Positions 9,276-18,133 of a stretch of DNA of 64,000 bases are shown one piece after another. Numbering within the stretch: position 1 is the first letter of the stretch; every line of letters starts with the position of its first letter. The DNA comes from Alphaproteobacteria bacterium (GTDB lineage Bacteria; Pseudomonadota; Alphaproteobacteria; SP197). Under the pieces are notes generated by a model, which did no database searches, was not told the DNA's origin, and saw only the letters and a list, made by a program, of their open reading frames with translations. The stretch is taken from assembly GCA_964291415.2 (NCBI GenBank), contig OZ219917.1:1-64000 (forward strand). The letters are read 5' to 3'. The translations under genes and the position numbers were made by a program.

Positions 9276-10658
9276 TCAGGCAATCTCCGAGGCGAAACGG
9301 TTCTCTGTCTCGGTGAGACTCTCGTCGATGATTCCGACAATGGAATCAATCTCGTCCCTGGTGATGACCAGCGGCGGACCGAGATGGATTTCACCCCAGA
9401 CACGGGTCAGCAGACCGCGGTCGCGGATGCGTGCCGCAAGATCCTTCGTGAAGGCGTGAGTCGCGCCCCACGCCTTGCGTGTCGTCCTGTCCTTCACGAG
9501 GTCGACGGAGCACATGAGCCCGATGCCCCGCACGTCACCAACCGTGGGATGGGATTCAAGGGTTTGCAGACCCTCCATGAGGTAGGCGCCGCTCTGGGCG
9601 CTGCGTTCCACGAGATTCTCGTCCTCGATGATCTGGATGTTCCGCAGGGCGGCAGCGGATGCCACCGCGTGCCCGCCGAATGTGAGCAGATGCTCGATGG
9701 GCTTTCCTTCTCCGGTGAACCCCTCGAAGACCTCCTCGCGCGCCATCACGCCGGCTATCGGCGCATACCCGCTCGACAGGCCCTTGGCGATGGTCATCAG
9801 GTCGGGCACAACGCCGAAGTGCTCGCCGGCGAACATCTTGCCGGTCCGTCCGAAGCCGTTGATCACCTCGTCCATGATCAGGAAAACGCCGTGCCGGTCG
9901 CAGATGTCGCGCAGCATCTGCCAGTAGCGGGGCGACGGCACGTGGTTGCCGTTGGAGGTCGATACCGGTTCGCCGATCACCGCGGCAACGGTCTCAGGTC
10001 CCTGGTTCTCGATTTCCTGTTCGACATAGCGCGCGCACATCAGATCGCCGTCTTCGCCCGTCAGACCAAAGTCGTTGCGGTAGCGGTTGGGCGAGGGCAC
10101 ATGGCTGACGCCGTACATGAAGGGGCCATGATACTTCTCGACACGTGACGCGGTGAGGCTCAGCGCGCCGTGGGTCATGCCGTGGTAGGAACCGCGCCGG
10201 GCGATGATCTTGTAGCGCCTCGGGAACCCGCGCATAGCCTGCGCCTGGCGGGCAATCTTGATCGCCGTTTCCACGGCCTCGGAACCGCCCGAGACGAGGA
10301 AGACGCGCGACAGGTCACCTGGCGTGATATCGGAGAGTTTCCCGGCAAGGCGGACCGCCATATCGTTGCTGCAGGTCGACGCAGCCGTATAGGCGACACG
10401 CCCGGCCTGCTCTGCCATGACCTCACCGATCTCCCGCCGCCCGTGGCCGGCGTTGACGACGAAGAGTCCGGATAGGCCGTCAAGACAGGCCCGGCCGCGC
10501 ACATCCCAGAGCGTTGATCCCTCGCCGCGGGTGAACACCCGCATGCCTTCCTGCTCCGTCAGTTCTTCCCAGTTCTCTTCGGAACCGTGGAACCAGAGGT
10601 GGCGCGCCGCCGCCTTCTCCACCTCATGCATCGTCTCCGGGAGTCCGTGTTCGGCCAT
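9276..10658 (-). CDS. Class III (omega) aminotransferase, polyamine/beta-alanine/taurine type
   Basis: SGGSEAVETAIK, SYHG, IMDEVINGFGRTG, IAKGLSSGY, LTFGGH. Confidence 0.9.
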   Translation of the reverse strand: MAEHGLPETMHEVEKAAARHLWFHGSEENWEELTEQEGMRVFTRGEGSTLWDVRGRACLDGLSGLFVVNAGHGRREIGEVMAEQAGRVAYTAASTCSNDMAVRLAGKLSDITPGDLSRVFLVSGGSEAVETAIKIARQAQAMRGFPRRYKIIARRGSYHGMTHGALSLTASRVEKYHGPFMYGVSHVPSPNRYRNDFGLTGEDGDLMCARYVEQEIENQGPETVAAVIGEPVSTSNGNHVPSPRYWQMLRDICDRHGVFLIMDEVINGFGRTGKMFAGEHFGVVPDLMTIAKGLSSGYAPIAGVMAREEVFEGFTGEGKPIEHLLTFGGHAVASAAALRNIQIIEDENLVERSAQSGAYLMEGLQTLESHPTVGDVRGIGLMCSVDLVKDRTTRKAWGATHAFTKDLAARIRDRGLLTRVWGEIHLGPPLVITRDEIDSIVGIIDESLTETENRFASEIA

Positions 10659-10961
10659 GATCAAGTCCCTTCTTCCTGCCCTTCAGGCGCGGTCGTACCG
10701 TGCACTGTCAGCACAACCCTACAGCAGTCGCACCGTACGCGGAACGCCGCACGTCATGCGCCCCTGAGCGTAACCGGTGGCTCGTTTCGAATCCCTGCGA
10801 TGGACATTGGCCGCCATTGCCTTTCTCCCAGGCGACCATGGACGAGCCATCCGCGCCGAACGCAATGGGCGACAAGGCCTGGTGCGAACCGGAAGCGACG
10901 GCGGTGGGCACAGACGCGCCGACTTCGGACGCACGGAGAGGGTGAGCTGAGGAGGGAGAGG

Positions 10962-11103
10962 CTACGTCTTCGGGGCGAACGGATTGACGACAACGAGGCT
11001 GTCGATCCGACGGCCGCCCCGGTAATCTTCAGTAAAGGGCGTTTCGCAATGCGCTCGGTTCCTGGGCATACATCGGAACATTGGTGGCGAACACTACCGT
11101 CAC
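10962..11103 (-). pseudogene. PIN-domain (VapC) toxin remnant with a large internal deletion
   Basis: N-terminus VTVVFATNVPMYAQ (cf. FxDTNxLxYA) is joined out of frame to the PIN C-terminus CETPFTEDYRGGRRIDSLVVVNPF. The start overlaps the antitoxin stop. Confidence 0.72.
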
Positions 11104-11330
11104 CGCGCGTTGGCTTCCTCCCGGTCGAAGACGTTGTCGGCAGGGATGGGTAGCGCACGGGCGCGCATTCGTTCGATAGCGCGCGACCTGCGTTCGTCGC
11201 TGGCAACGGCGAGGCGTTCGGGGCTTGCGGACACGATCTCAAGGTGGTCGCCTGCCTTCAGGCCGAGATCATTCACCAAAGTTCTGGGCAGGCGCACCGC
11301 AAGACTGTTGCCCCATTTCGAAACGCGCAT
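11100..11330 (-). CDS. AbrB/MazE/SpoVT-family antitoxin
   Basis: MRVSKWGNSLAVRLP...LGLKAGD...FDREEANAR. Confidence 0.9.
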   Translation of the reverse strand: MRVSKWGNSLAVRLPRTLVNDLGLKAGDHLEIVSASPERLAVASDERRSRAIERMRARALPIPADNVFDREEANAR

Positions 11331-11585
11331 GGATATCCTCCAGCGATACACTCACGTCTGTTGATATCCTGAGTGTTTTCCAGTCGGCTTCAAGCCGACC
11401 TTCTTTCTGCAGCCTGCGTGTCCGCAGGCTTTCCATGGCATGGCGCCGGCCTCGTTTCGCGGACGCATGATTGGCCCCTGGGTTGACCTGCGACGCTCCT
11501 AACAGCCAACACGCCGGGTTGTTCATCGCCACAGGGAGTACCCCCTTCTTGCGCCGAAACATGAATGCTTGCGTCATCTGCCTTG

Positions 11586-11605
11586 CCCATATCAAACGAT
11601 ATGGG
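11586..11605. promoter_or_regulatory. Inverted repeat, probable autoregulatory operator of the vapBC operon
   Basis: Perfect 8-bp inverted repeat CCCATATC-aaac-GATATGGG, 12 nt before the antitoxin ATG. Confidence 0.55.
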
Positions 11606-11617
11606 TAGTATGGGCCG

Positions 11618-11866
11618 ATGAAGACGACGCTGGACATCCACGATGAACTGTTGGCGAGGGCCAAGCGTCACGCCAGGGAAACGGGACGCCCTCTGCGCGC
11701 TGTGATCGAGGACGGACTTCGCCGCGCACTCGCGCCTGGGGCACCTGACCGCGGATACAAGCTGCCCGATCTCAGAACGGGGGATCCGGATGCGAGCGAT
11801 CCGCTGGAACAGTATTCCTGGCCAGAGTTGCGCGACGTGATCTACGGCGATCCCGGAACGCGGTGA
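11618..11866 (+). CDS. vapB: VapB-type antitoxin (DUF2191-like, RHH)
   Basis: [19 protein letters not shown]...VIEDGLR; overlaps the toxin start (GTGA). Confidence 0.85.
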   Translation: MKTTLDIHDELLARAKRHARETGRPLRAVIEDGLRRALAPGAPDRGYKLPDLRTGDPDASDPLEQYSWPELRDVIYGDPGTR

Positions 11867-12342
11867 TCGCCGTTGACACCAATCTGCTGGTCCATGCGCA
11901 CCGGCGTGAATCGCGGCTCGGTGACGCGGCGCACGCGGTCATGACCCGACTTGCCGAAGGAGAACGCGCCTGGGCCATTCCATGGCCATGCTGCTACGAA
12001 TTCCTGAGCGTCGTGACGAACCGTCGCATCTGGAAGGACGAAGCGACCACGCCGGATCACGCGTGGCGCCAGTTCCAGGCCTGGGCGGCGTCGCCGTCGA
12101 GTCGCATGATCGGCGAGACCGACGATTTCCTGGAGATCCTGCAAAGGTTCGTGAACCGGCCTCACGTCGTCGGAGGAGTGGTTCACGATGCGCGCATCGC
12201 GGCGGTGTGCGTTGCGCACGGCGTTGAGGCGTTGCTTACGCGAGACCGCGACTTCGCCCTGTTTCCGGAATTGCCCACGCATGACCCCTTCGCGGTTGGC
12301 CAGCGCTTGCGTTCGACACGTGGATCAGATCGGGACCGATGA
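11863..12342 (+). CDS. vapC: VapC PIN-domain ribonuclease toxin
   Basis: [24 protein letters not shown] and LTRDRDF retain the acidic PIN residues. Confidence 0.9.
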   Translation: MIAVDTNLLVHAHRRESRLGDAAHAVMTRLAEGERAWAIPWPCCYEFLSVVTNRRIWKDEATTPDHAWRQFQAWAASPSSRMIGETDDFLEILQRFVNRPHVVGGVVHDARIAAVCVAHGVEALLTRDRDFALFPELPTHDPFAVGQRLRSTRGSDRDR

Positions 12343-12551
12343 GGCCACTCGGCACTCTCAATCGATCAAGATCAGGCTGGCCCCGATTCGAGGTGTGAGC
12401 GCCCATCCGGAACCCATCGAGCTTGATTGCGAACCGTTGCATGCCAGGCGCAGGCACCATCAGTCGACAGACACGTGGAGGACGGATTCGAGTGCAGTCA
12501 TGAGGCTCCTCCCGGCGCGTTTGGCAGGAGCCTCCGGTGACCGGTCCGGAA

Positions 12552-13349
12552 TCAACCGGTCGTGTTCCCGCGGGACGGAACCGGTGTCAGCGGCTGACGG
12601 CGGCCGAAGTAGCGCATGTGAATCTCGTCGCTGAAGAGTTGATCGGGCTCCGTCTCGTAACTCAGCGTCAACATGCGGCGCGACGGCGCGCTGCGGACCG
12701 GTGCGACCCGGTGGAGCGCGCGGTGACCGTTGAAGATCGTCAGCGTACCCGGCGGCACATCGAGTTCCCGCACGAGCGACGAGCGGCCGGCCACCAGGTC
12801 GTCGATGAGGGAGGCAAGGTCCGGGCGATGCCGGATGTCGGGAATGTACTCGAAGGCGCCGCCGGAACCCGCCTGGCGAAGCATGATGGTGACCGCACCG
12901 TCATTGGTATCGAAGTGCCATCCCAACTCGTCGCCGCGCGCGTACTCGCTCACCATGCACGACGCGATGGCATCCGCGTTGCGGTAGTAGGGACGCCGTT
13001 CCAGCACCTCCGACACGAACCGCGTGAGCCCGTCCCACAGGAAGAGGCGGTGCGGCGGCGATTCGAAGGGCATCTGGTCGAAGCCTGCGCAGACAAGGCT
13101 GACCCGGGTCTCCTCGCCCATGCCGGGCGGAAAGGCGTTGCGGTGGTCCAGCCGCCGGAACCCCTCGCGACACAGCCTGTCGGCCTCTTCTTCCATGGCC
13201 GCGACTCCGTTGCTGTGAAGGAAGCCGGGCATGGTGAAGACACCGTCGGCTGCGAGGCGTCGGCGTCCCTCGCGCACGAGTGCGACCGCCTCGGGACTCG
13301 CGATATCCGCGATCGGATAGCGATCGAGATCGACGAGATCTCCCACCAT
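12552..13349 (-). CDS. 2-oxoglutarate/Fe(II)-dependent oxygenase (BesD/HalD-like fold, hydroxylase-type HxD)
   Basis: LGWHFD...GGAFEY...LHRVAPV....RRML: HxD..H triad and 2OG-binding Arg. The N-terminal DLDRYPI is typical of this clade. Confidence 0.75.
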   Translation of the reverse strand: MVGDLVDLDRYPIADIASPEAVALVREGRRRLAADGVFTMPGFLHSNGVAAMEEEADRLCREGFRRLDHRNAFPPGMGEETRVSLVCAGFDQMPFESPPHRLFLWDGLTRFVSEVLERRPYYRNADAIASCMVSEYARGDELGWHFDTNDGAVTIMLRQAGSGGAFEYIPDIRHRPDLASLIDDLVAGRSSLVRELDVPPGTLTIFNGHRALHRVAPVRSAPSRRMLTLSYETEPDQLFSDEIHMRYFGRRQPLTPVPSRGNTTG

Positions 13350-13362
13350 CGCGTGGTCCGCG

Positions 13363-13908
13363 CTAGACGACGGCGCGGCCACTGCCGATCCTCGGGGACG
13401 GACGTCCGCCGTCCGAAAACACCATGACGGCCAGAATCTCGTCGGGGCGCGGCGCATCCGCGACCATGACCGTCATCGTGTCGAGCTCGTTGAATGACCA
13501 GATCTCGTCCTTGTGGGCGAGCGGCACGTCGATGGCGGCGCCGGCCGACGACACCTTGGCCACCGACGGGATGAGCGCTTCGCCTCCGCCACAGGCGGCG
13601 CGCATGGGCTTGCCCAGCTTGGGATGGAGGATGCCGGCGGCGTGCTCGACCTCGCCATGGACACCGACGATGGCCGCCTTGCCGTAGGCGACGGGCGCGC
13701 GGCGGAGCATGTCCACGGCAGCGGCGGCAAAGGCTTCGCCGAATGCCAGGCCGATGTCGGCGAGATCGGAAAGGTCGGCCACGAAGCGCCCTGCCGCCGG
13801 GTTGTCAAGGACGGCGATGGCGGCAACCCGCGTCACCGGCTCCGGGGCGGCGTGACCGGCTTCCGCGTGAACCGTCTCGGTGATGAAGAGAGACTTGCGG
13901 CAGTTCAT
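13363..13908 (-). CDS. 'Amino acid synthesis' family protein (DUF1185)
   Basis: NPAAGRFV.DL, YGKAAIVG..GEVEH, DVPLAHK and DAPRPDEI are family hallmarks. Overlaps the FHMPC dehydrogenase stop. Confidence 0.85.
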   Translation of the reverse strand: MNCRKSLFITETVHAEAGHAAPEPVTRVAAIAVLDNPAAGRFVADLSDLADIGLAFGEAFAAAAVDMLRRAPVAYGKAAIVGVHGEVEHAAGILHPKLGKPMRAACGGGEALIPSVAKVSSAGAAIDVPLAHKDEIWSFNELDTMTVMVADAPRPDEILAVMVFSDGGRPSPRIGSGRAVV

Positions 13909-14861
13909 GGCTCACCCTCCCCCGCTGCCTCGAGCGCGCGGCGCACCGCCACCAGGCGCCGGGCCCTCGCCGCCGCAAGCGAGGCTGCTTCGCCCCGATC
14001 GTAGGCGTAGATGCCCTCTCCCGTCTTCAGCCCGAGCCGGCCTGCGGCGATCTTCTCTGCCGCCCACGGGCTGACATCGCCGCGGCTGCAGAGATCGCGG
14101 TTGAGATAGCCTGCCACGGAGCCATAGATGTCGAGCCCGGCCATGTCGAGGAGGCTCATCGGGCCGACGACCGCCAGCTTGTAGCCGATCCCCCAGCTGA
14201 CACAGGTATCGAGGTCTTCCGCATCGACCACGCCGCGCTCGACAAGGTCGAGGGCCTCGCGCATGACGGCGTAGAGAATGCGGTTCTCGACAAAGCCCGG
14301 AACATCGCGCTTCACGCGCACCGGGATGAGATTGAGGCGGCGCACGGTCGCCATCATCCATTCGACCGTGTCGGCCGACGTCTCGTCACCGGCAACGACC
14401 TCGACGACGGGGATGATGTGGGGTGGATTGGACCAGTGCATGCCCACCACCCGCCCGGGGGAGGGCAGGCCCTCCTGGAGCCTGGTGATGGGGATCCCCG
14501 ACGTGTCCGATGCGAGAACACAACTCCCGGACACCAGGCCGGCAATCTCCGCCAGAACCGCGCGCTTGAGATCGACCTCTTCGGGCACGTTCTCGATGAC
14601 GAGATCAGCATCGGCGACGGCATCCTCGAGGCTGCCCGTCAACACGACATCGCTCGCCGAGCCTTCTGCGGAAACGTCGAGATCGTCGAGCACGCCGGAG
14701 ATGGCAGGCAGTTTCAGGCGCGTTGCCTCGATGGCCCCGGCGCTCGCATCGTGGCCCCTGACGGTCATGCCGGAGCGCGCCAGCACCGCGGCAATGCCGG
14801 CGCCCATGGTGCCCAGACCGATGACGGCGGCGATGCTCACGCCCGCCTCCGGGTCAGGCAT
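13905..14861 (-). CDS. 5-formyl-3-hydroxy-2-methylpyridine-4-carboxylate (FHMPC) 5-dehydrogenase (3-hydroxyacyl-CoA dehydrogenase fold)
   Basis: IGLGTMG, ASDTSGIPIT, GMHWSNPPHIIP, DLDTCVSWGIGYK.AV.GPM.LLDMAGLDIY and RARRLVAVRR match recalled M. loti Mlr6793. Confidence 0.82.
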   Translation of the reverse strand: MPDPEAGVSIAAVIGLGTMGAGIAAVLARSGMTVRGHDASAGAIEATRLKLPAISGVLDDLDVSAEGSASDVVLTGSLEDAVADADLVIENVPEEVDLKRAVLAEIAGLVSGSCVLASDTSGIPITRLQEGLPSPGRVVGMHWSNPPHIIPVVEVVAGDETSADTVEWMMATVRRLNLIPVRVKRDVPGFVENRILYAVMREALDLVERGVVDAEDLDTCVSWGIGYKLAVVGPMSLLDMAGLDIYGSVAGYLNRDLCSRGDVSPWAAEKIAAGRLGLKTGEGIYAYDRGEAASLAAARARRLVAVRRALEAAGEGEP

Positions 14862-14889
14862 GAAGAACGATTTCGGGAGGCAGACATCG

Positions 14890-16005
14890 CTAAAAGATGG
14901 TCGTCTCGAGGATGTCGACACCGTGCTGGCGGTCGACGAGATAGATGAGACCGCGGTCATCGATGGTGACATCGTTCGAGGAAGCACGGTCCGCTCCCGG
15001 TGGCGGCTCGGGCAGATAGTGGGCCACCTCGCGCGGACGGAAGGGATCGGCAAAATCCACCAGGCGCAGTCCCTGGGCAAACCAGGCGAAGGGCACCACT
15101 GTCGTGCCGGTCAGGCGCTCGCTGGGCTGATGGCATCCGGTCATCGGCTGCTGCGGTTCGCCGTCGGCATCGACGCCCTCGACCTGGAATGTCGAGACGG
15201 GAATCGGATTGCCTTCATCGCTGATGTCGTAGACCCAGGTGAATGCGGGCGCCGCCGGATAGAGCTTGGCCACATCCTCATCGGCCACGATCATGATGTC
15301 GCGCCCCTTGAGTTTCATGGGCATCCTCAGGCAGGTGTGCGTGGGATGCGGGAACGACGGACTGGTGTTGCGTCCGGAGACGAGGCGAGGCCTCGTCATG
15401 TCGGAGATGTCGAGAATGAAGAAACCGTGATGCCAGTAGCTGACATTGAGACGTGATCCCGTCCTCAAGGGATGGTGGCAACGCGGCGGCACGTAGTTCG
15501 ACCAGGGATAGGCCTCGCCCCCGGCCTGCCACTGGCCCTCGAGCCACCAGCGCCCGACCTCCTCGGGCCGGGCCGGATCGGCAAGGTCGAGGATCATGAC
15601 GATGTTGCCGACATAGCCCTCCGCCGTGGGAGAGATGTACGCGTGGCGGCCATCGAAATCGTAGCGGTGCACGCCCCTGCCCGCCGTCACCCACTTGGTG
15701 ATCAGGCGCGGCTGGCGGGGGTTCTCCACGTCCCAGATCGCCAGACCGCCCTCGGGCGTGCCGTCCACCTGGCCGAGCCGCTCGTGATTGACGATCATGA
15801 TGCCGTCAGCGACCCGCACCTTGTGCGAGTGCATGCCTTCGGGGAGCTCGATGGTTGCCAGGCACTGTGGCCGGGCCGGATCACCGACATCCCAGATCGA
15901 GGTGCCGGCGGGCGGGCGCATGTGACCGACATAGAGGATGCGGCCATCGATCCAGACCTGTCCCCCACCGGGGCAGTCGATATGTCCCACGCGGTTGACG
16001 GTCAT
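14890..16005 (-). CDS. LVIVD-repeat beta-propeller protein
   Basis: Repeated I(W/L)D(V/L/I).DP..P blades with His motifs (HSHK, GVHR, CHHP, PTHT, GCHQ). ATGA overlap with the upstream cupin. Confidence 0.8.
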   Translation of the reverse strand: MTVNRVGHIDCPGGGQVWIDGRILYVGHMRPPAGTSIWDVGDPARPQCLATIELPEGMHSHKVRVADGIMIVNHERLGQVDGTPEGGLAIWDVENPRQPRLITKWVTAGRGVHRYDFDGRHAYISPTAEGYVGNIVMILDLADPARPEEVGRWWLEGQWQAGGEAYPWSNYVPPRCHHPLRTGSRLNVSYWHHGFFILDISDMTRPRLVSGRNTSPSFPHPTHTCLRMPMKLKGRDIMIVADEDVAKLYPAAPAFTWVYDISDEGNPIPVSTFQVEGVDADGEPQQPMTGCHQPSERLTGTTVVPFAWFAQGLRLVDFADPFRPREVAHYLPEPPPGADRASSNDVTIDDRGLIYLVDRQHGVDILETTIF

Positions 16006-17123
16006 GGGGCGAGACGCACGGTTTCGCCGCCGGCCGTGCGGCCCCAGCGCTTGTAGAAACCGAGCCTCGTCAAGGCCGGCTCGTCGCTGGCGACGAAGAG
16101 CACGATCGCCGACGATGTCTCGTTGACATGCTCCACCCAGCTGCCGCCCGGCACGGCAAGGGTATCGAACCGGCGCCAGTCGTGACGCTCGCCATCGATG
16201 ATGGAGTGGCCCGGGCCGCCCTCGAAGGGGGCAACCAGCTGGCTCGCCGTCTGCTTCAGCGCCTGGGTGCGCTCGCCGGGACGAACCATCTGGGCAAAGA
16301 AGGTCATGGTGCGGAACACGGGCTCGCCGTCGAGCGGGTTGACGTACTCGACCTTGATGCCGTCATGGGGATCGCCGTCGTGATCGGCGTTCTCCTCGAG
16401 AAACTCCCGCATCGGCTCCCAGCGGTAGGCATACATCGGCGACGCCATTCCGGTCCCCCGCATGTGGTCGACGAAGCACGCCTTGAGACCGCCACGACCG
16501 TAGATCTCCCGCGAATACTCGGGCCCGTACCGCGCCGTCTGCCGGTCCTTTGACACGTCATCTTCCCGGTAGTCGTGCTCGAAATAGATGGCATTCAGGG
16601 TCTCGACGAGGGGGAGGTCGAGGACCGAGAGATTCACCGCCGCCTCGTCACCCATGTTGCCGTGGTTGTGCCAGGTATCGTGCGGCGTCAGCACCATGTC
16701 GCCGGGGCCGAAGACGATGTCCTCCCCCTCGACGCCGGTGAAGTTCATGGCACCCGTCAGCCCGAAGCGAATGGCGTTGGGAGAGTGCCTGTGAGGCGGC
16801 ATGACCTCGCGGGGATCATTGAGGCGATAGGCGGTGTACATGGTCGTCACCGTGGCGCGGCGCGGCGCCAGGCCGGGATTGACGAGGATGAGCGAGCGGC
16901 GTTCCGAATCCGACATCGAGACGAGGTCGGCGGAACGCCTGAGCAACGGCTCGATGACGCCGTCGTAGTCCCAGACATGGGGAACCGCCTTCGATACCGC
17001 CATCAACTGGCGCACCTCGTCGTGATCGACATCGGTCGTCGTCGCCCAGAACGGAAACATCGAGGCGCCATGGACGTCGTCGTAGAGACTCTTCAGCGCC
17101 GCCTCGCGGTCGTTCGTCGCCAT
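16002..17123 (-). CDS. Gentisate/salicylate 1,2-dioxygenase-like bicupin
   Basis: ERRSLILVNPGL, PPHRHSPNAIRF, GDMVLTP..TWHNHGN, LDLPLV and EYVNPLDG give the 3-His cupin signature of the GDO family. Confidence 0.85.
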   Translation of the reverse strand: MATNDREAALKSLYDDVHGASMFPFWATTTDVDHDEVRQLMAVSKAVPHVWDYDGVIEPLLRRSADLVSMSDSERRSLILVNPGLAPRRATVTTMYTAYRLNDPREVMPPHRHSPNAIRFGLTGAMNFTGVEGEDIVFGPGDMVLTPHDTWHNHGNMGDEAAVNLSVLDLPLVETLNAIYFEHDYREDDVSKDRQTARYGPEYSREIYGRGGLKACFVDHMRGTGMASPMYAYRWEPMREFLEENADHDGDPHDGIKVEYVNPLDGEPVFRTMTFFAQMVRPGERTQALKQTASQLVAPFEGGPGHSIIDGERHDWRRFDTLAVPGGSWVEHVNETSSAIVLFVASDEPALTRLGFYKRWGRTAGGETVRLAP

Positions 17124-17251
17124 GTCCTGACCTTCACCTGCCGTGGCGCAGTCTACAAGCCCCCGGCCGCATGCGCGACCGCGCCAGGGCGCGGTTGTCC
17201 GATCCGGTCGTGGACCTGTAGTGTTTGCAGCGCATTCTGGGAGGAGGAACA

Positions 17252-18133
17252 GTGCAGCACACGATACGTCCGCGGCGCAGCGTTCTCTACATGCCGGGAT
17301 CCAACGCCCGGGCACTCGAAAAGGCCAAGACACTTGCCGCCGACGGGCTCATCTTCGACCTCGAGGACGCCGTCGCTCCCGACGCGAAGGAGGAGGCCCG
17401 CAGCCTTGCCTGCTCGGCCGTGGCCGCAGGCGGCTACGCCGAACGCGAGATCATCATCCGCGTCAATGGCCTGACGACGCCATGGGGGCGTGACGACATC
17501 ATGCGGGCGGCGGGCTCCGGCGCCCACGCCATCCTGTTGCCGAAAGTCGAGGGAGCCGGATACATCCGCGAGGCACTGTCCCTGATGGACGTCGCCGGAG
17601 CCCCGCAGTCCATGGCGGTGTGGTGCATGATGGAAACGCCGCTCGGCATCCTCCATGCGGAACGGATCGCCTCGGCCAGCCCCAGGATCGGCGCCCTGGT
17701 CATGGGAACCTCGGATCTCACCAAGGATCTGGGAGCGCGGCACACACCCGATCGCGTCGCCATGGTGACGAGTCTCGGCACATGCGTTCTGGCGGCGCGG
17801 GCCTTCGGTGTCTCAATTCTCGACGGCGTGTTCCTCGACCTCCAGGATGACAGCGGATTCGAGGCCGCCTGCATCCAGGGCCGCGACATGGGATTCGATG
17901 GCAAGACCATCATCCACCCACGTCAGATCGATCCGGCCAACAACGCGTTTGGACCGACTCCCGAGGAAGTTGCCTGGGCGCGGCGCATCATCGATGCCCA
18001 TACCGAGGCTTCGTCCAGGGGCGAGGGGGTGGTCGTGGTCGACGGCAAGCTGATCGAAAACCTCCACGTGTCGGAAGCGAGGCGCACCCTAGCCCTTGCC
18101 AACGCCATCGAGCAGACGACCGGCGGTTCATGA
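17252..18133 (+). CDS. mcl2: CitE-family CoA ester lyase, probably (3S)-malyl-CoA thioesterase
   Basis: RPRRSVLYMPGSNARALEKA, FDLEDAVAP, MGFDGKT.IHP.QI; gaggagg RBS; adjacent to mch. Confidence 0.72.
   Translation: MQHTIRPRRSVLYMPGSNARALEKAKTLAADGLIFDLEDAVAPDAKEEARSLACSAVAAGGYAEREIIIRVNGLTTPWGRDDIMRAAGSGAHAILLPKVEGAGYIREALSLMDVAGAPQSMAVWCMMETPLGILHAERIASASPRIGALVMGTSDLTKDLGARHTPDRVAMVTSLGTCVLAARAFGVSILDGVFLDLQDDSGFEAACIQGRDMGFDGKTIIHPRQIDPANNAFGPTPEEVAWARRIIDAHTEASSRGEGVVVVDGKLIENLHVSEARRTLALANAIEQTTGGS

Noticed and set aside
12552-13349. BesD-type radical halogenase
   Set aside because: The metal motif is HFD with the carboxylate ligand retained, which indicates a hydroxylase.
13905-14861. 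Ordinary beta-oxidation 3-hydroxyacyl-CoA dehydrogenase
   Set aside because: SDTSG, HWSNPPH and VSWGIGYK match FHMPC dehydrogenase, and there are no thiolase or enoyl-CoA hydratase neighbours.
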